From: Candidatus Dojkabacteria bacterium
GTDB lineage: Bacteria > Patescibacteriota > Dojkabacteria > SC72
Direction: 5' to 3'
Assembly (NCBI GenBank): GCA_041678645.1
Contig: JBAYNT010000002.1
Span: 1 to 39,148, forward strand
Length of the DNA stretch: 39,148 bases
Below are positions 16,037-24,213 of this stretch, one piece after another. The notes under the pieces were generated by a model, which saw nothing but the letters and a program-made list of their open reading frames with translations, was not told the origin of the DNA and did not search any database. Position numbers and translations under genes: made by a program. Within the stretch, counting starts at the first letter, position 1, and each line of letters opens with the position of its first letter.

Positions 16037-19000
16037 ATGGCACAGATAAGGCTTAACGAAAATCAGAAGAAGGCCGTAGAGCATAAAGAAGGCCCACTTT
16101 TGATAATAGCTGGCGCTGGTACAGGTAAGACAGCAGTAATTACTCAAAGGGTGATACACATTATGAAATCAAAATGGGCGAAGCCATCTGAAATTTTAGC
16201 ACTTACTTTTACTGAAAAAGCCGCCCAAGAGATGGTTGAAAGAATAGATATCGCTATGGAGTACGGCTATGAAGAGCCCTGGATATCAACATTCCATGCG
16301 TTTTGCGACAGGACACTTAGAGAAGATGGTCACTACATTGGACTTGATACGAATTTTTCCTTAATGACCCAAGCGCAAGCATATATCCTTATGCGAAAGC
16401 ATCTATTCGACTTTCCATTAGATATTTTTAGACCACAAGGTGACCCGACGCAATTCATAACGGATCTCATTAAACACTTCTCTAGACTACAAGATGAGGA
16501 TTGTGCGCCAGGAGAATACATTAAATTTGTTAATCAACTACCTAAAACAACAGAGAAAGAAAGGGGGAGATATGCTGAACTCAAAGAGCTTGCACAAACA
16601 TATGAAATGTATAACAAAATCAAGATAGAGGAGTCCAAGCTGGATTTTGGTGACCTCATAATTCTCACGCTGAAACTTTTTAGAGAGAGACCAAGTGTGT
16701 TAAGGAAGTATCAAGATAAATTTAGATATATTCTTGTAGATGAGTTCCAGGACACCAACTATACACAGAATGTTTTAGTAAACACCTTAGTTTTAGGGAA
16801 AGATTATAAAAATGAAAGGAAATTGCCAAGGAATTTGACTGTAGTAGGGGATGATGATCAAGCCATATATAAATTTAGAGGCGCAGCAATTTCTAACATT
16901 CTGCAGTTTAAAGAGAAATATCCAGATGCTAAAGAAATTGTCCTTACTCAAAACTACAGATCTAGACAAGAGATATTAGATAGTGCTTACAGGTTAATTA
17001 AACACAACGACCCGCATAGATTAGAAATTACTGAGAAGATAGATAAGAAACTAGTAGCTAGCAATGTGTTTGAAAATAGTGATGAAGATGCTGTAAATTT
17101 CGTAGTTGCTGGGAACGAGAATGCCGAGGCGGAGTGGGTAGCAGAGGAAATTCTTAATCTTACGGGCAACAAAGATATAGAGGTAGAGAGTGAGGGTTCT
17201 GCCTCTTTTAATGAGTCTGGTCAATCTTCTCTCTCGGGAAAAGATTTTAAGAAAGAAAGGAATAGCAGATATCACTTCTCTGATTTTGCAATACTTACTA
17301 GATCTAATGCGCAATCAGACATTTTTGTACAAACACTTAGATATTACGGAATTCCATATAAGCTTGGAGGACAAAGGGCTTTATATACAAGGGAGGAGAT
17401 ACAAAACCTGATTTCTTTTCTGAGGATTCTTGCAGATTACACAGATGGTATAGCGATGTACGACCTATCGAGTATGGAGATATGGGGCGTATCTCCTAGA
17501 GAGTTTGTAGAACTCAATAGACTTGCCAGAGAGAAAAAGATCTCATTATTTGAGGAACTGGAGAATCTTTGGGAAATTAAACTAGGAGAGCAAGATTGGC
17601 AGATTGATGAATTAGAGGTTGAGGAGAGTAATCTGATTAAAAAGATTTTGTCCCCTGTTTCTGTTTCGTCCATCAGTGACTTCCTTCTATTAATCGATAA
17701 GGGCTTAAAGATGGTAAAGGAGGGGAAATCTATTGGGGAAATACTTTATAATTTCGTTACGGAGAGTGGCTATATACAATACCTTGTTGAGAATGAGAGT
17801 AATGAGAATCAGTTTAAAATTTCTAATATTGCCAAATTTTTTGATTTAATTAAGACTTTCGAGAAGAATAACCCTCAGACCAATATCTATGAATATTTGG
17901 ACTATTTAGAGTATTCAATAAAAGTAGGGGATTCTCCAGCGGTAGATCAGTCAGACTTTGATGATTTCGATGGAGTAAATATTCTGACAGTACATAGTGC
18001 TAAAGGTTTGGAATTTCCTGTTGTGTTTATCTGCAATCTCGTGTCGGACAGATTCCCTACCAGAAATATGAGTGATAGGATAGCTCTGCCAGAAGAGTTG
18101 ATTAAAGAATCAATCTCAGAAGAGCTTGATAGCAAGGAAGAGCAGATAGCTGAAGAGAGAAGACTTTTCTATGTCGGGGCTACTAGAGCAAAAGAGAAGT
18201 TGTATTTAACAGCCTCTCATTTCTATGGAGATGCTAAGCGCAAGAAGAAGCCAAGCATTTTTTTATATGAAATTCTTGATGAAGATGTAAACGAGTCGTT
18301 TAGCAATCCTGTTGTTGGAGGGATAGAGGAAAGCGCCGAAGAAAGGATGGCCCATTTTAAGGAAGGAGATGATATATTAGAAGGAGATATGCAAGATATT
18401 GATACTACTAAAAGAGTTAGCTACTCACAACTTAACACATATGAAGATTGTCCAAAGAAGTACAAGTATTCATACGTCCTTAAGGTTCCGTCGAGGCCTC
18501 ATGCCTCGCTATCCTTTGGTAGTACTATTCACAATACTCTCAAAGATTTCTATACACTATTTAAAGATTCTAAGGAGGGGCTGGAAGGAATCGTAGAGAA
18601 ACCAGATGAAAAGAAACTGCTCGAGTTATATGAGTCTCATTGGATGTCCCATGGTTATGATAGTAAGGCTCACGAAGAGAAGAGGAAGGCTTCAGGTATA
18701 GCGATATTAAAGAGTTACTATAAAAATCTTTTTAATGAAGACCAAAGGCCGTATAGACTTGAGGAGCCATTCTCTGTGCATGTAGGAGAGAGTGTGTTTG
18801 TGGGGAAAATTGATAGAATAGATGTGGTGGATGATAGTAAGGAAATGTTAGAGGTAGAAATCATTGACTATAAAACTGGTAAGGTAAAAAATGAGGCTAA
18901 TGTAAAAAAAGATTTACAATTGCCACTTTATGCACTATTTGCTGAGCAGAAGCTGGGACTAAAAGTGGTAAGTGCTAAATATGTGTTTGTTGAGCATTCA

Positions 19001-19162
19001 GAGGTCGTGGAGGTTAACGTATCAGAAGAGAGAAAGGAAGAGGCGGGGGAGAAGGTTGTTGAGATAATTGAAGAGATTAAAAAGAAAAACTTTATAGCTA
19101 CGCCTGGATATCTGTGTAGGTACTGCGATTATAATACAGTATGTGAAGACGCAATGGTTTAG
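16037..19162 (+). CDS. UvrD/PcrA-type SF1 helicase fused to a C-terminal Cas4/AddB-like PD-(D/E)XK nuclease with a 4-Cys Fe-S signature
   Basis: Helicase motifs AGAGTGKT, VDEFQDTN, VGDDDQAIYKFRGA, QNYRSRQEIL, TVHSAKGLEFPVVF and YVGATRAKEKLYLT. Nuclease region: YEDCPKKYKYSY, GKIDRIDVV...EIIDYKTGK, QLPLYAL and CRYCDYNTVC. Confidence 0.9.
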   Translation: MAQIRLNENQKKAVEHKEGPLLIIAGAGTGKTAVITQRVIHIMKSKWAKPSEILALTFTEKAAQEMVERIDIAMEYGYEEPWISTFHAFCDRTLREDGHYIGLDTNFSLMTQAQAYILMRKHLFDFPLDIFRPQGDPTQFITDLIKHFSRLQDEDCAPGEYIKFVNQLPKTTEKERGRYAELKELAQTYEMYNKIKIEESKLDFGDLIILTLKLFRERPSVLRKYQDKFRYILVDEFQDTNYTQNVLVNTLVLGKDYKNERKLPRNLTVVGDDDQAIYKFRGAAISNILQFKEKYPDAKEIVLTQNYRSRQEILDSAYRLIKHNDPHRLEITEKIDKKLVASNVFENSDEDAVNFVVAGNENAEAEWVAEEILNLTGNKDIEVESEGSASFNESGQSSLSGKDFKKERNSRYHFSDFAILTRSNAQSDIFVQTLRYYGIPYKLGGQRALYTREEIQNLISFLRILADYTDGIAMYDLSSMEIWGVSPREFVELNRLAREKKISLFEELENLWEIKLGEQDWQIDELEVEESNLIKKILSPVSVSSISDFLLLIDKGLKMVKEGKSIGEILYNFVTESGYIQYLVENESNENQFKISNIAKFFDLIKTFEKNNPQTNIYEYLDYLEYSIKVGDSPAVDQSDFDDFDGVNILTVHSAKGLEFPVVFICNLVSDRFPTRNMSDRIALPEELIKESISEELDSKEEQIAEERRLFYVGATRAKEKLYLTASHFYGDAKRKKKPSIFLYEILDEDVNESFSNPVVGGIEESAEERMAHFKEGDDILEGDMQDIDTTKRVSYSQLNTYEDCPKKYKYSYVLKVPSRPHASLSFGSTIHNTLKDFYTLFKDSKEGLEGIVEKPDEKKLLELYESHWMSHGYDSKAHEEKRKASGIAILKSYYKNLFNEDQRPYRLEEPFSVHVGESVFVGKIDRIDVVDDSKEMLEVEIIDYKTGKVKNEANVKKDLQLPLYALFAEQKLGLKVVSAKYVFVEHSEVVEVNVSEERKEEAGEKVVEIIEEIKKKNFIATPGYLCRYCDYNTVCEDAMV

Positions 19163-19193
19163 TTAATCCGCGAGATTGTGTATAATACGAAAC

Positions 19194-19547
19194 ATGAATA
19201 GTATAGTAAATAAAATATATGCGGACACTCTTTCAGATAAATTGCAGGGAACAATCAACTCAGATGGAGGTCTGTTTTCGCAATTTAGTGTAGAAGATGG
19301 AAATGCATTAGGCAACATTACATCTTCGATATTAGCGATTGCTCTACCATTAGCAGGTACTGTGACCTTAGTACTTTTAATTGTTGCTGGTTATAAGATG
19401 ATGAGCAGCCAGGGAAATCCTGATAAACTTAAAGATGCTAGGGAGATGATAACTAATGCAATAATAGGGTTGGTGTTTATACTGTTATCTATAGCAATAT
19501 TACTCTTAATATCGAATGTGTTTAATTTAGATGCTATAAATGCTTAA
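19194..19547 (+). CDS. TrbC/VirB2-like (T4SS_pilin-type) two-helix membrane protein, paralog 1
   Basis: TM1 ...TLVLLIVAGY, loop KMMSSQGNPDKLKDAREMITN, TM2 AIIGLVFILLSIAILLL. The ATG at 19194 is preferred over the TTG at 19176 because TATAAT sits at 19181-19186. Confidence 0.7.
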   Translation: MNSIVNKIYADTLSDKLQGTINSDGGLFSQFSVEDGNALGNITSSILAIALPLAGTVTLVLLIVAGYKMMSSQGNPDKLKDAREMITNAIIGLVFILLSIAILLLISNVFNLDAINA

Positions 19548-19879
19548 TGAAAAAATCAACTAAGAATTTTTTTAAGGGGGGCTTATTTGTAACTATAGGC
19601 GGTCAAGTTGTAGACTTCCCAATAGTTGAGAAATGGAAAGATTTGGATGAAGTAATTCTTGATGTCAAAGACATAATCAATGCTTTTATTATGTTCTCAT
19701 CTGTTGTTGCAGTTGCTATGATTATTGTCTCTGGATATACTTTGATTACTGCTATGGGCAATCCGGACAAGATAGAGCAGGGGCAGAAGACTTTAACAGC
19801 TGCTATCATAGGTTTGATAGTGGTGTGGATAGCAGGTTTGATAATTAAGTTTGTTTTAACCCTGCTTGAAGTTGGCTAA
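19547..19879 (+). CDS. TrbC/VirB2-like pilin, paralog 2
   Basis: ...AMIIVSGYTLITAMGNPDKIEQGQKTLTAAIIGLIVVWIAGLII. Its ATG overlaps the paralog 1 stop (TAATG). Confidence 0.7.
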   Translation: MKKSTKNFFKGGLFVTIGGQVVDFPIVEKWKDLDEVILDVKDIINAFIMFSSVVAVAMIIVSGYTLITAMGNPDKIEQGQKTLTAAIIGLIVVWIAGLIIKFVLTLLEVG

Positions 19880-19881
19880 TA

Positions 19882-19910
19882 TTGATAAGTTAGGGATTCT
19901 TTGGTAAAAT
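19882..19910 (+). promoter_or_regulatory. Sigma-70-like promoter inside the pilin array (TTGATA-N17-TAAAAT with TGn extension)
   Basis: -35 ttgata at 19882-19887, a 17-nt spacer, and an extended -10 tggtaaaat at 19902-19910. It lies 36 nt upstream of the paralog 3 ATG. Confidence 0.5.
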
Positions 19911-19945
19911 TCAAATTATAAATAAATTATTATTAAATTACGAAC

Positions 19946-20245
19946 ATGAATATAGGCAGTATTACAAACCCACTCGATATCCCAACATTGGGAGAATTGG
20001 TAACAAAGGGTTTAAATTTCGCTATTGGTGCAGCCGCAGTAATTTGTGTTGCAGTATTAATCGGAAGTGGTTATATGTATATTACCGCTGCTGGAGATGA
20101 GAGTAAAATTGAGAAAGCTGGTAAATCATTAACATTCGCAATTGTTGGCTTAGCTATAGCATTTATAGCAGTGTTGTTAGTAAACTTTGTCCTTGATGAG
20201 GTTTTGATGAAAACAAAAGCGTTGGTTACTACAGTAATAGCATAA
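19946..20245 (+). CDS. TrbC/VirB2-like pilin, paralog 3
   Basis: ...VAVLIGSGYMYITAAGDESKIEKAGKSLTFAIVGLAIAFIAVLLV. Confidence 0.65.
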   Translation: MNIGSITNPLDIPTLGELVTKGLNFAIGAAAVICVAVLIGSGYMYITAAGDESKIEKAGKSLTFAIVGLAIAFIAVLLVNFVLDEVLMKTKALVTTVIA

Positions 20246-20254
20246 TAGCTTTAT

Positions 20255-20527
20255 ATGTTAAATTTTTCTTTGCTTAATAACCCAACTGATTATGAGAGTC
20301 TAAGTGGTTTCGTAATAAATCTTATTAACCTAGCCATTAGTTTTTCTGTTATCATTGCCGTAGCTGCATTAATACTTGCAGGATTCAAATATATACTAGC
20401 AATGGGTGATGAAGAGAAGGTTGAGAATGCTACTAGATCTCTAATATTTGCCTTAGTAGGCCTGGTAATTGTATTTATTGCACCTTTACTTGTAAAATAC
20501 ATTACATCTTTAATGGGTGTTGAATAG
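20255..20527 (+). CDS. TrbC/VirB2-like pilin, paralog 4
   Basis: ...VAALILAGFKYILAMGDEEKVENATRSLIFALVGLVIVFIAPLLV. Confidence 0.65.
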   Translation: MLNFSLLNNPTDYESLSGFVINLINLAISFSVIIAVAALILAGFKYILAMGDEEKVENATRSLIFALVGLVIVFIAPLLVKYITSLMGVE

Positions 20528-20550
20528 TAATTTTATGCTTTAATAATTAA

Positions 20551-20805
20551 ATGGATGAGCCTGCAAGAATAGAAGAAATATTCACCAGCCTTGATAAGGT
20601 CTTAGACTTCCTTTTTCCTTTTGGTGTAATCCTTGCTCTCGCCTTTGTCGTCGTGGGTGGATATATGTGGATGTCTTCTGCTGGTAATCCAGATAAAATT
20701 AAGCAAGCCCAAGGCACACTTACATGGGCCATCATTGGCTTAATCTTTGTATTAATTTCAGGACTCCTGCTTAAGACTTTGATTGATTACATTGTCGGAA
20801 TGTAG
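20551..20805 (+). CDS. TrbC/VirB2-like pilin, paralog 5
   Basis: ...LAFVVVGGYMWMSSAGNPDKIKQAQGTLTWAIIGLIFVLISGLLL. Confidence 0.7.
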   Translation: MDEPARIEEIFTSLDKVLDFLFPFGVILALAFVVVGGYMWMSSAGNPDKIKQAQGTLTWAIIGLIFVLISGLLLKTLIDYIVGM

Positions 20806-20816
20806 GATAATCTGAT

Positions 20817-22619
20817 ATGAGTAAACTGCCTATTTTTAACATTACCGTTTTTGTTCTTCTTTCTTTTTTTCTTCTTCTTTTTCAGTTTACTCCTGCATAT
20901 TCTAGCCCAGCAGACGAGCTAGAAAAAGATATAGAGCAGACACAGGAGGAGATTAAAAAGAATGAATCTAACCTGCGAAGTATCGAAGCCAGGATTAAAG
21001 AGATCTCAAATAGTAACTATTCTGTTAGTCAGAAAATTAACCTACTAAGTGCTGAAGTAGAGGAGATTGAAACAGTACTAGAGGCAAAGAATAGCGAAAT
21101 AGAGGAGAAGCTGGAAGAAATAGCTCAGAAAGAAGAAGTAATTAGACAGAAGAAAGATTTGGTTGCTTCTGTTTCTAGTCAATTGTATATGGAGAGTAGA
21201 GTAGGTACTGTAGAATTCTTCTTTTCAAATAGTCGTATAGATGATGTTATACATTCTTTTTTTGTTAAGAAGAGCACTATTTCATTACTAAAGGATGAGA
21301 TTACTGAGATTACAGGGGAGTTTGAGAGTCTTACTGTTCTTAAGCAGGAGTTAGAGAGTGAGAAGACTGAATTGGATAGTCAGAAGAAGGATTTAGATGA
21401 CTCTCATAATCTTCTTTTAGCTGAAAGGGCTAAATTGCAAAGAGAGTTAAATGAGACATATAACAGTAGGAATTTGGTTAGTAGGACCATTAATGGTCTT
21501 AAGTCTGAACTTTCCGATTTGCAGTATCATTTACTTGTGGTTAGACAGGGAGGAACTAATGTAAATGCATCTTCAGTACCAGGGAGTACGGATAATAAGT
21601 CTACATTACCTGGGTTTTTGGCAAATGCGCCTAGTGACACATTTGCAGTATTTTCAATAGGGGCATATACGCATAGAAATGGTATGAGTCAGTGGGGTGC
21701 AAGGGCAAGGGCTGATTCAGGGCAATCATATACGCAAATATTAAATCACTACTATCCATCATTTATAATTACATCTGGTTATCCTGAGCCTGCTACAGTT
21801 ACAATTAGAGGGGATGGCCTTGATTGTAATAATAATGCTAAATATTACAATGAGACTTTAAATTTTGATACCTATATGAATCGTATATTTGAGATGCCTG
21901 CCTCTTGGAATCCTGAAGCGGTTAAAGCTCAAGCTATTGCAACAAGGAGTTTCGCTATTCACCAAATAAACAGGAATGGATATATCAGACCGAATCAGTC
22001 AGATCAGGTCTATAAGAACTGTGGTAATGGATCTGGTTGGATAAATGCTGTAAATGCTACAAAGGGTCAAGTCTTAACAAGTGGTGGTAGTGCAGCTTTT
22101 AGTCAGTATGCTGCTGTACATGGAGGTTGGAGTAATACTTCTGGTTGGGATACTACCGATGGTTCAGGTAGTGGTGATTGGATGGCTAGGGCATATGACA
22201 GTATTTCCAGGGTATCTTGGTTTTATCAGACTTGGTATACCTCAGGATCTAGTACTTGTGGTAGGAATCCATGGATGACACAAACAGAGATGTCAGATAT
22301 TGTTAATGCGTACCAGGTATGGGCAGCTAATGGTGGAAGTGATGGTCGTATAGTTCCTGTATATGATGCTTGCCACTCTAGTGGCAATCCATATTCTTAC
22401 TCCGAATTGAGAAAGTTGGCTGCGAAACCGGTATCGTCGATATCTGCCGTTGTCACGAGTAACAGTAACGGTTCAACTGGAAGCATTACTTTCTATACTA
22501 ATGCTGGGAATATAACGATTCCAGCTAGTTATTTTAAGACAATCTATAATATGAGGGCCCCTGGGCATCTTCATATTCCTCAAAACGGGTTTGTGCATAT
22601 AAATATTGAAAAGAAATAA
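20817..22619 (+). CDS. Secreted/anchored coiled-coil protein fused to a SpoIID/LytB-type peptidoglycan lytic transglycosylase domain
   Basis: Signal/TM FNITVFVLLSFFLLLFQFTPAYS. About 200 aa of heptad-rich sequence (EKDIEQTQEEIKKNESNLRSIEARIKE...). SpoIID motifs are NGMSQWGARARADSGQSYTQILNHYYP, IFEMPASWNPEAVKAQAIATRSFA, DQVYKNCG and FSQYAAVHGGWSN. Confidence 0.8.
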   Translation: MSKLPIFNITVFVLLSFFLLLFQFTPAYSSPADELEKDIEQTQEEIKKNESNLRSIEARIKEISNSNYSVSQKINLLSAEVEEIETVLEAKNSEIEEKLEEIAQKEEVIRQKKDLVASVSSQLYMESRVGTVEFFFSNSRIDDVIHSFFVKKSTISLLKDEITEITGEFESLTVLKQELESEKTELDSQKKDLDDSHNLLLAERAKLQRELNETYNSRNLVSRTINGLKSELSDLQYHLLVVRQGGTNVNASSVPGSTDNKSTLPGFLANAPSDTFAVFSIGAYTHRNGMSQWGARARADSGQSYTQILNHYYPSFIITSGYPEPATVTIRGDGLDCNNNAKYYNETLNFDTYMNRIFEMPASWNPEAVKAQAIATRSFAIHQINRNGYIRPNQSDQVYKNCGNGSGWINAVNATKGQVLTSGGSAAFSQYAAVHGGWSNTSGWDTTDGSGSGDWMARAYDSISRVSWFYQTWYTSGSSTCGRNPWMTQTEMSDIVNAYQVWAANGGSDGRIVPVYDACHSSGNPYSYSELRKLAAKPVSSISAVVTSNSNGSTGSITFYTNAGNITIPASYFKTIYNMRAPGHLHIPQNGFVHINIEKK

Positions 22620-22639
22620 TCCATATAGTAAAATACAGG

Positions 22640-22657
22640 TGTATACATATGTATACA
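22640..22657. promoter_or_regulatory. Perfect 18-bp palindrome TGTATACATATGTATACA, the likely operator of the toxin-antitoxin operon
   Basis: I verified it as self-complementary. It contains two GTATACAT half-sites 10 bp apart, just upstream of the TAATAT -10 (22667-22672) and the antitoxin ATG (22680). Confidence 0.6.
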
Positions 22658-22679
22658 TTAAGTTTTTAATATTCAAATA

Positions 22680-22970
22680 ATGGATTATAAAACAAAGGTT
22701 GCACAAACAAGATTAAGCCCCTCTGTAGTTAGAGATATAGAGGTTAAGCTTAAAAAAACTGGCTTGACAATGTCTGATTATCTTAGACTACTTGTATTAA
22801 AAGATTTAGATAGATTACCAATAGAGGTACCTAAAGATTTACCAACTATGGAATTAACTAAGGAGCAGGAGAAAGAATTAGATAAGGCAATGGAGGATGT
22901 AAAAGCGGGTAGGGTAACGGAGGTTGTTAACGTAGATGAGTACTTTAACAATCTTTATAAAAATGAGTAA
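22680..22970 (+). CDS. Type II antitoxin, ribbon-helix-helix (RelB/DinJ/CopG-like)
   Basis: N-terminus KVAQTRLSPSVVRDIEVKLKKTGLTMSDYLRLLVLKDL has a strand-helix-helix pattern. The C-terminus is acidic. 8-nt ATGAGTAA overlap with the toxin gene. Confidence 0.75.
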   Translation: MDYKTKVAQTRLSPSVVRDIEVKLKKTGLTMSDYLRLLVLKDLDRLPIEVPKDLPTMELTKEQEKELDKAMEDVKAGRVTEVVNVDEYFNNLYKNE

Positions 22971-23259
22971 AGATAAATACTCTCTTAATACAACTAAAAG
23001 TGTTGATAAAAAGATTAGGAAATTGGGAAAAGGTAATAAAAGATTAGATAAGGAGATGCGAAGAACTTTCAAGCAATTAGAAAAGAACCCTTTTTATAAG
23101 TCTTTAAAAACACACAAGGTAAATACCGGAAAGTGGGGGGAAGCTTACAGCTCTAGAGTAACTGGGGATATTAGAATTTTATGGTATTTATATGATAAAA
23201 ATCTTTTAATCCTGATTATCGATATAGGGGGTCATTCTGGATCTAAAAGTGTCTATTAA
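22963..23259 (+). CDS. Type II toxin, RelE/ParE superfamily
   Basis: MSKDKYSL...FKQLEKNPFYKSLKTHKV...WGEAYSSRVTGDIRILWYLYDKNLLILIIDIGGHSGSKSVY matches the RelE/ParE pattern (..nP....K.L.G....ysiRv..dyRi.Y......i.i..ig.H...Y). The start at 22963 is preferred over 22936. Confidence 0.75.
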   Translation: MSKDKYSLNTTKSVDKKIRKLGKGNKRLDKEMRRTFKQLEKNPFYKSLKTHKVNTGKWGEAYSSRVTGDIRILWYLYDKNLLILIIDIGGHSGSKSVY

Positions 23260-23315
23260 ATGATTGTCAATTCCTTGTTCTTATAGTAATTTTATGATAT
23301 CTTAACTAATATAGA

Positions 23316-23942
23316 ATGGCACAAAAAACAGATGTACCAAAAAAATTTAGAGATAAGAGATTTGCCTTTATAAGGGCTCTCCCTGAATCCTTTGACCGAG
23401 ACAAAAATGTTGACATCTTCCCTAAAAATGTACGATTCGATAGGAAGGAAGAGGGTGAAGAGATAATAATGATTACCAGAAAACATTGGACAGCATATTT
23501 CACTCATATCCTAGTTGCCATACTCATACCAATAGTTCCAATAGCCCTGTTATTCATTTCATCAAACTCTACAGACATTTATGGAAAAGTTACAATATAT
23601 TTGGGCCTTTTCGTAGCCTCCATTGTTATTTCGGTGAATGTAATTATCACAGCGATAGTGCAGTGGTATTACAACATTTCAATAATTACGGATAAAAGAA
23701 TTCTGTCGCTTAAGGTAACAAGCATATTCCAACACTCATATACCGAGATCCTTTGGAGAAAGATACAGGATGTAAGCCATGACAGTATAGGGCTACTAAG
23801 CTCAATATTTGATATTGGGAACATATATATTGATACTGCTGGAGAAGGTATTGATCTTACCCTGAGATTTGTGCCTAAGCCAAGGAATGTACAGGAAGTG
23901 ATTAATAATTTAGTTGATTTAGCTCATGACGGAGAGCTCTAA
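23316..23942 (+). CDS. Membrane protein with a bacterial PH (bPH_2/YdbS-YdbT-like) domain
   Basis: Two-TM hairpin, then ITDKRILSLKVTSIFQHSYTEILWRKIQDVSHDSIGLLSSIFDIGNIYIDTAGEG, the typical bPH_2 signature. Confidence 0.7.
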   Translation: MAQKTDVPKKFRDKRFAFIRALPESFDRDKNVDIFPKNVRFDRKEEGEEIIMITRKHWTAYFTHILVAILIPIVPIALLFISSNSTDIYGKVTIYLGLFVASIVISVNVIITAIVQWYYNISIITDKRILSLKVTSIFQHSYTEILWRKIQDVSHDSIGLLSSIFDIGNIYIDTAGEGIDLTLRFVPKPRNVQEVINNLVDLAHDGEL

Positions 23943-23950
23943 ATAAAGAT

Positions 23951-24205
23951 ATGAATATTGACTATACAAGCATATATGACAGTATAAACGTAGGAGTATC
24001 TGTAACAGGAAGCCTCGTTAAGGTTCTTGTAGGATTAATCCTTTTTGCCATTGTGTTCTACTCTTTCATGTTTATCCTTAAATTCCGAGTCCTCCAAGAC
24101 ACCGTAGATATATCATCTAGCGCTGTTTCCAAACTAGTGGTTACAGTAAATCTAGTGATATCCCTACTGGGTGCAATATTAGCTTTCATATTAATTCTAC
24201 TCTAA
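23951..24205 (+). CDS. Small 2-TM membrane protein
   Basis: 84 aa with two hydrophobic helices. 8-nt gaps to both neighbours indicate an operon. Confidence 0.5.
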   Translation: MNIDYTSIYDSINVGVSVTGSLVKVLVGLILFAIVFYSFMFILKFRVLQDTVDISSSAVSKLVVTVNLVISLLGAILAFILILL

Positions 24206-24213
24206 AAAACAGC

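Noticed and set aside
19176-19193. TTG start for pilin paralog 1 given by the ORF track.
   Set aside because: A perfect TATAAT (19181-19186) lies inside those codons. The ATG at 19194 is more plausible and fits the leaderless pattern seen for other genes.
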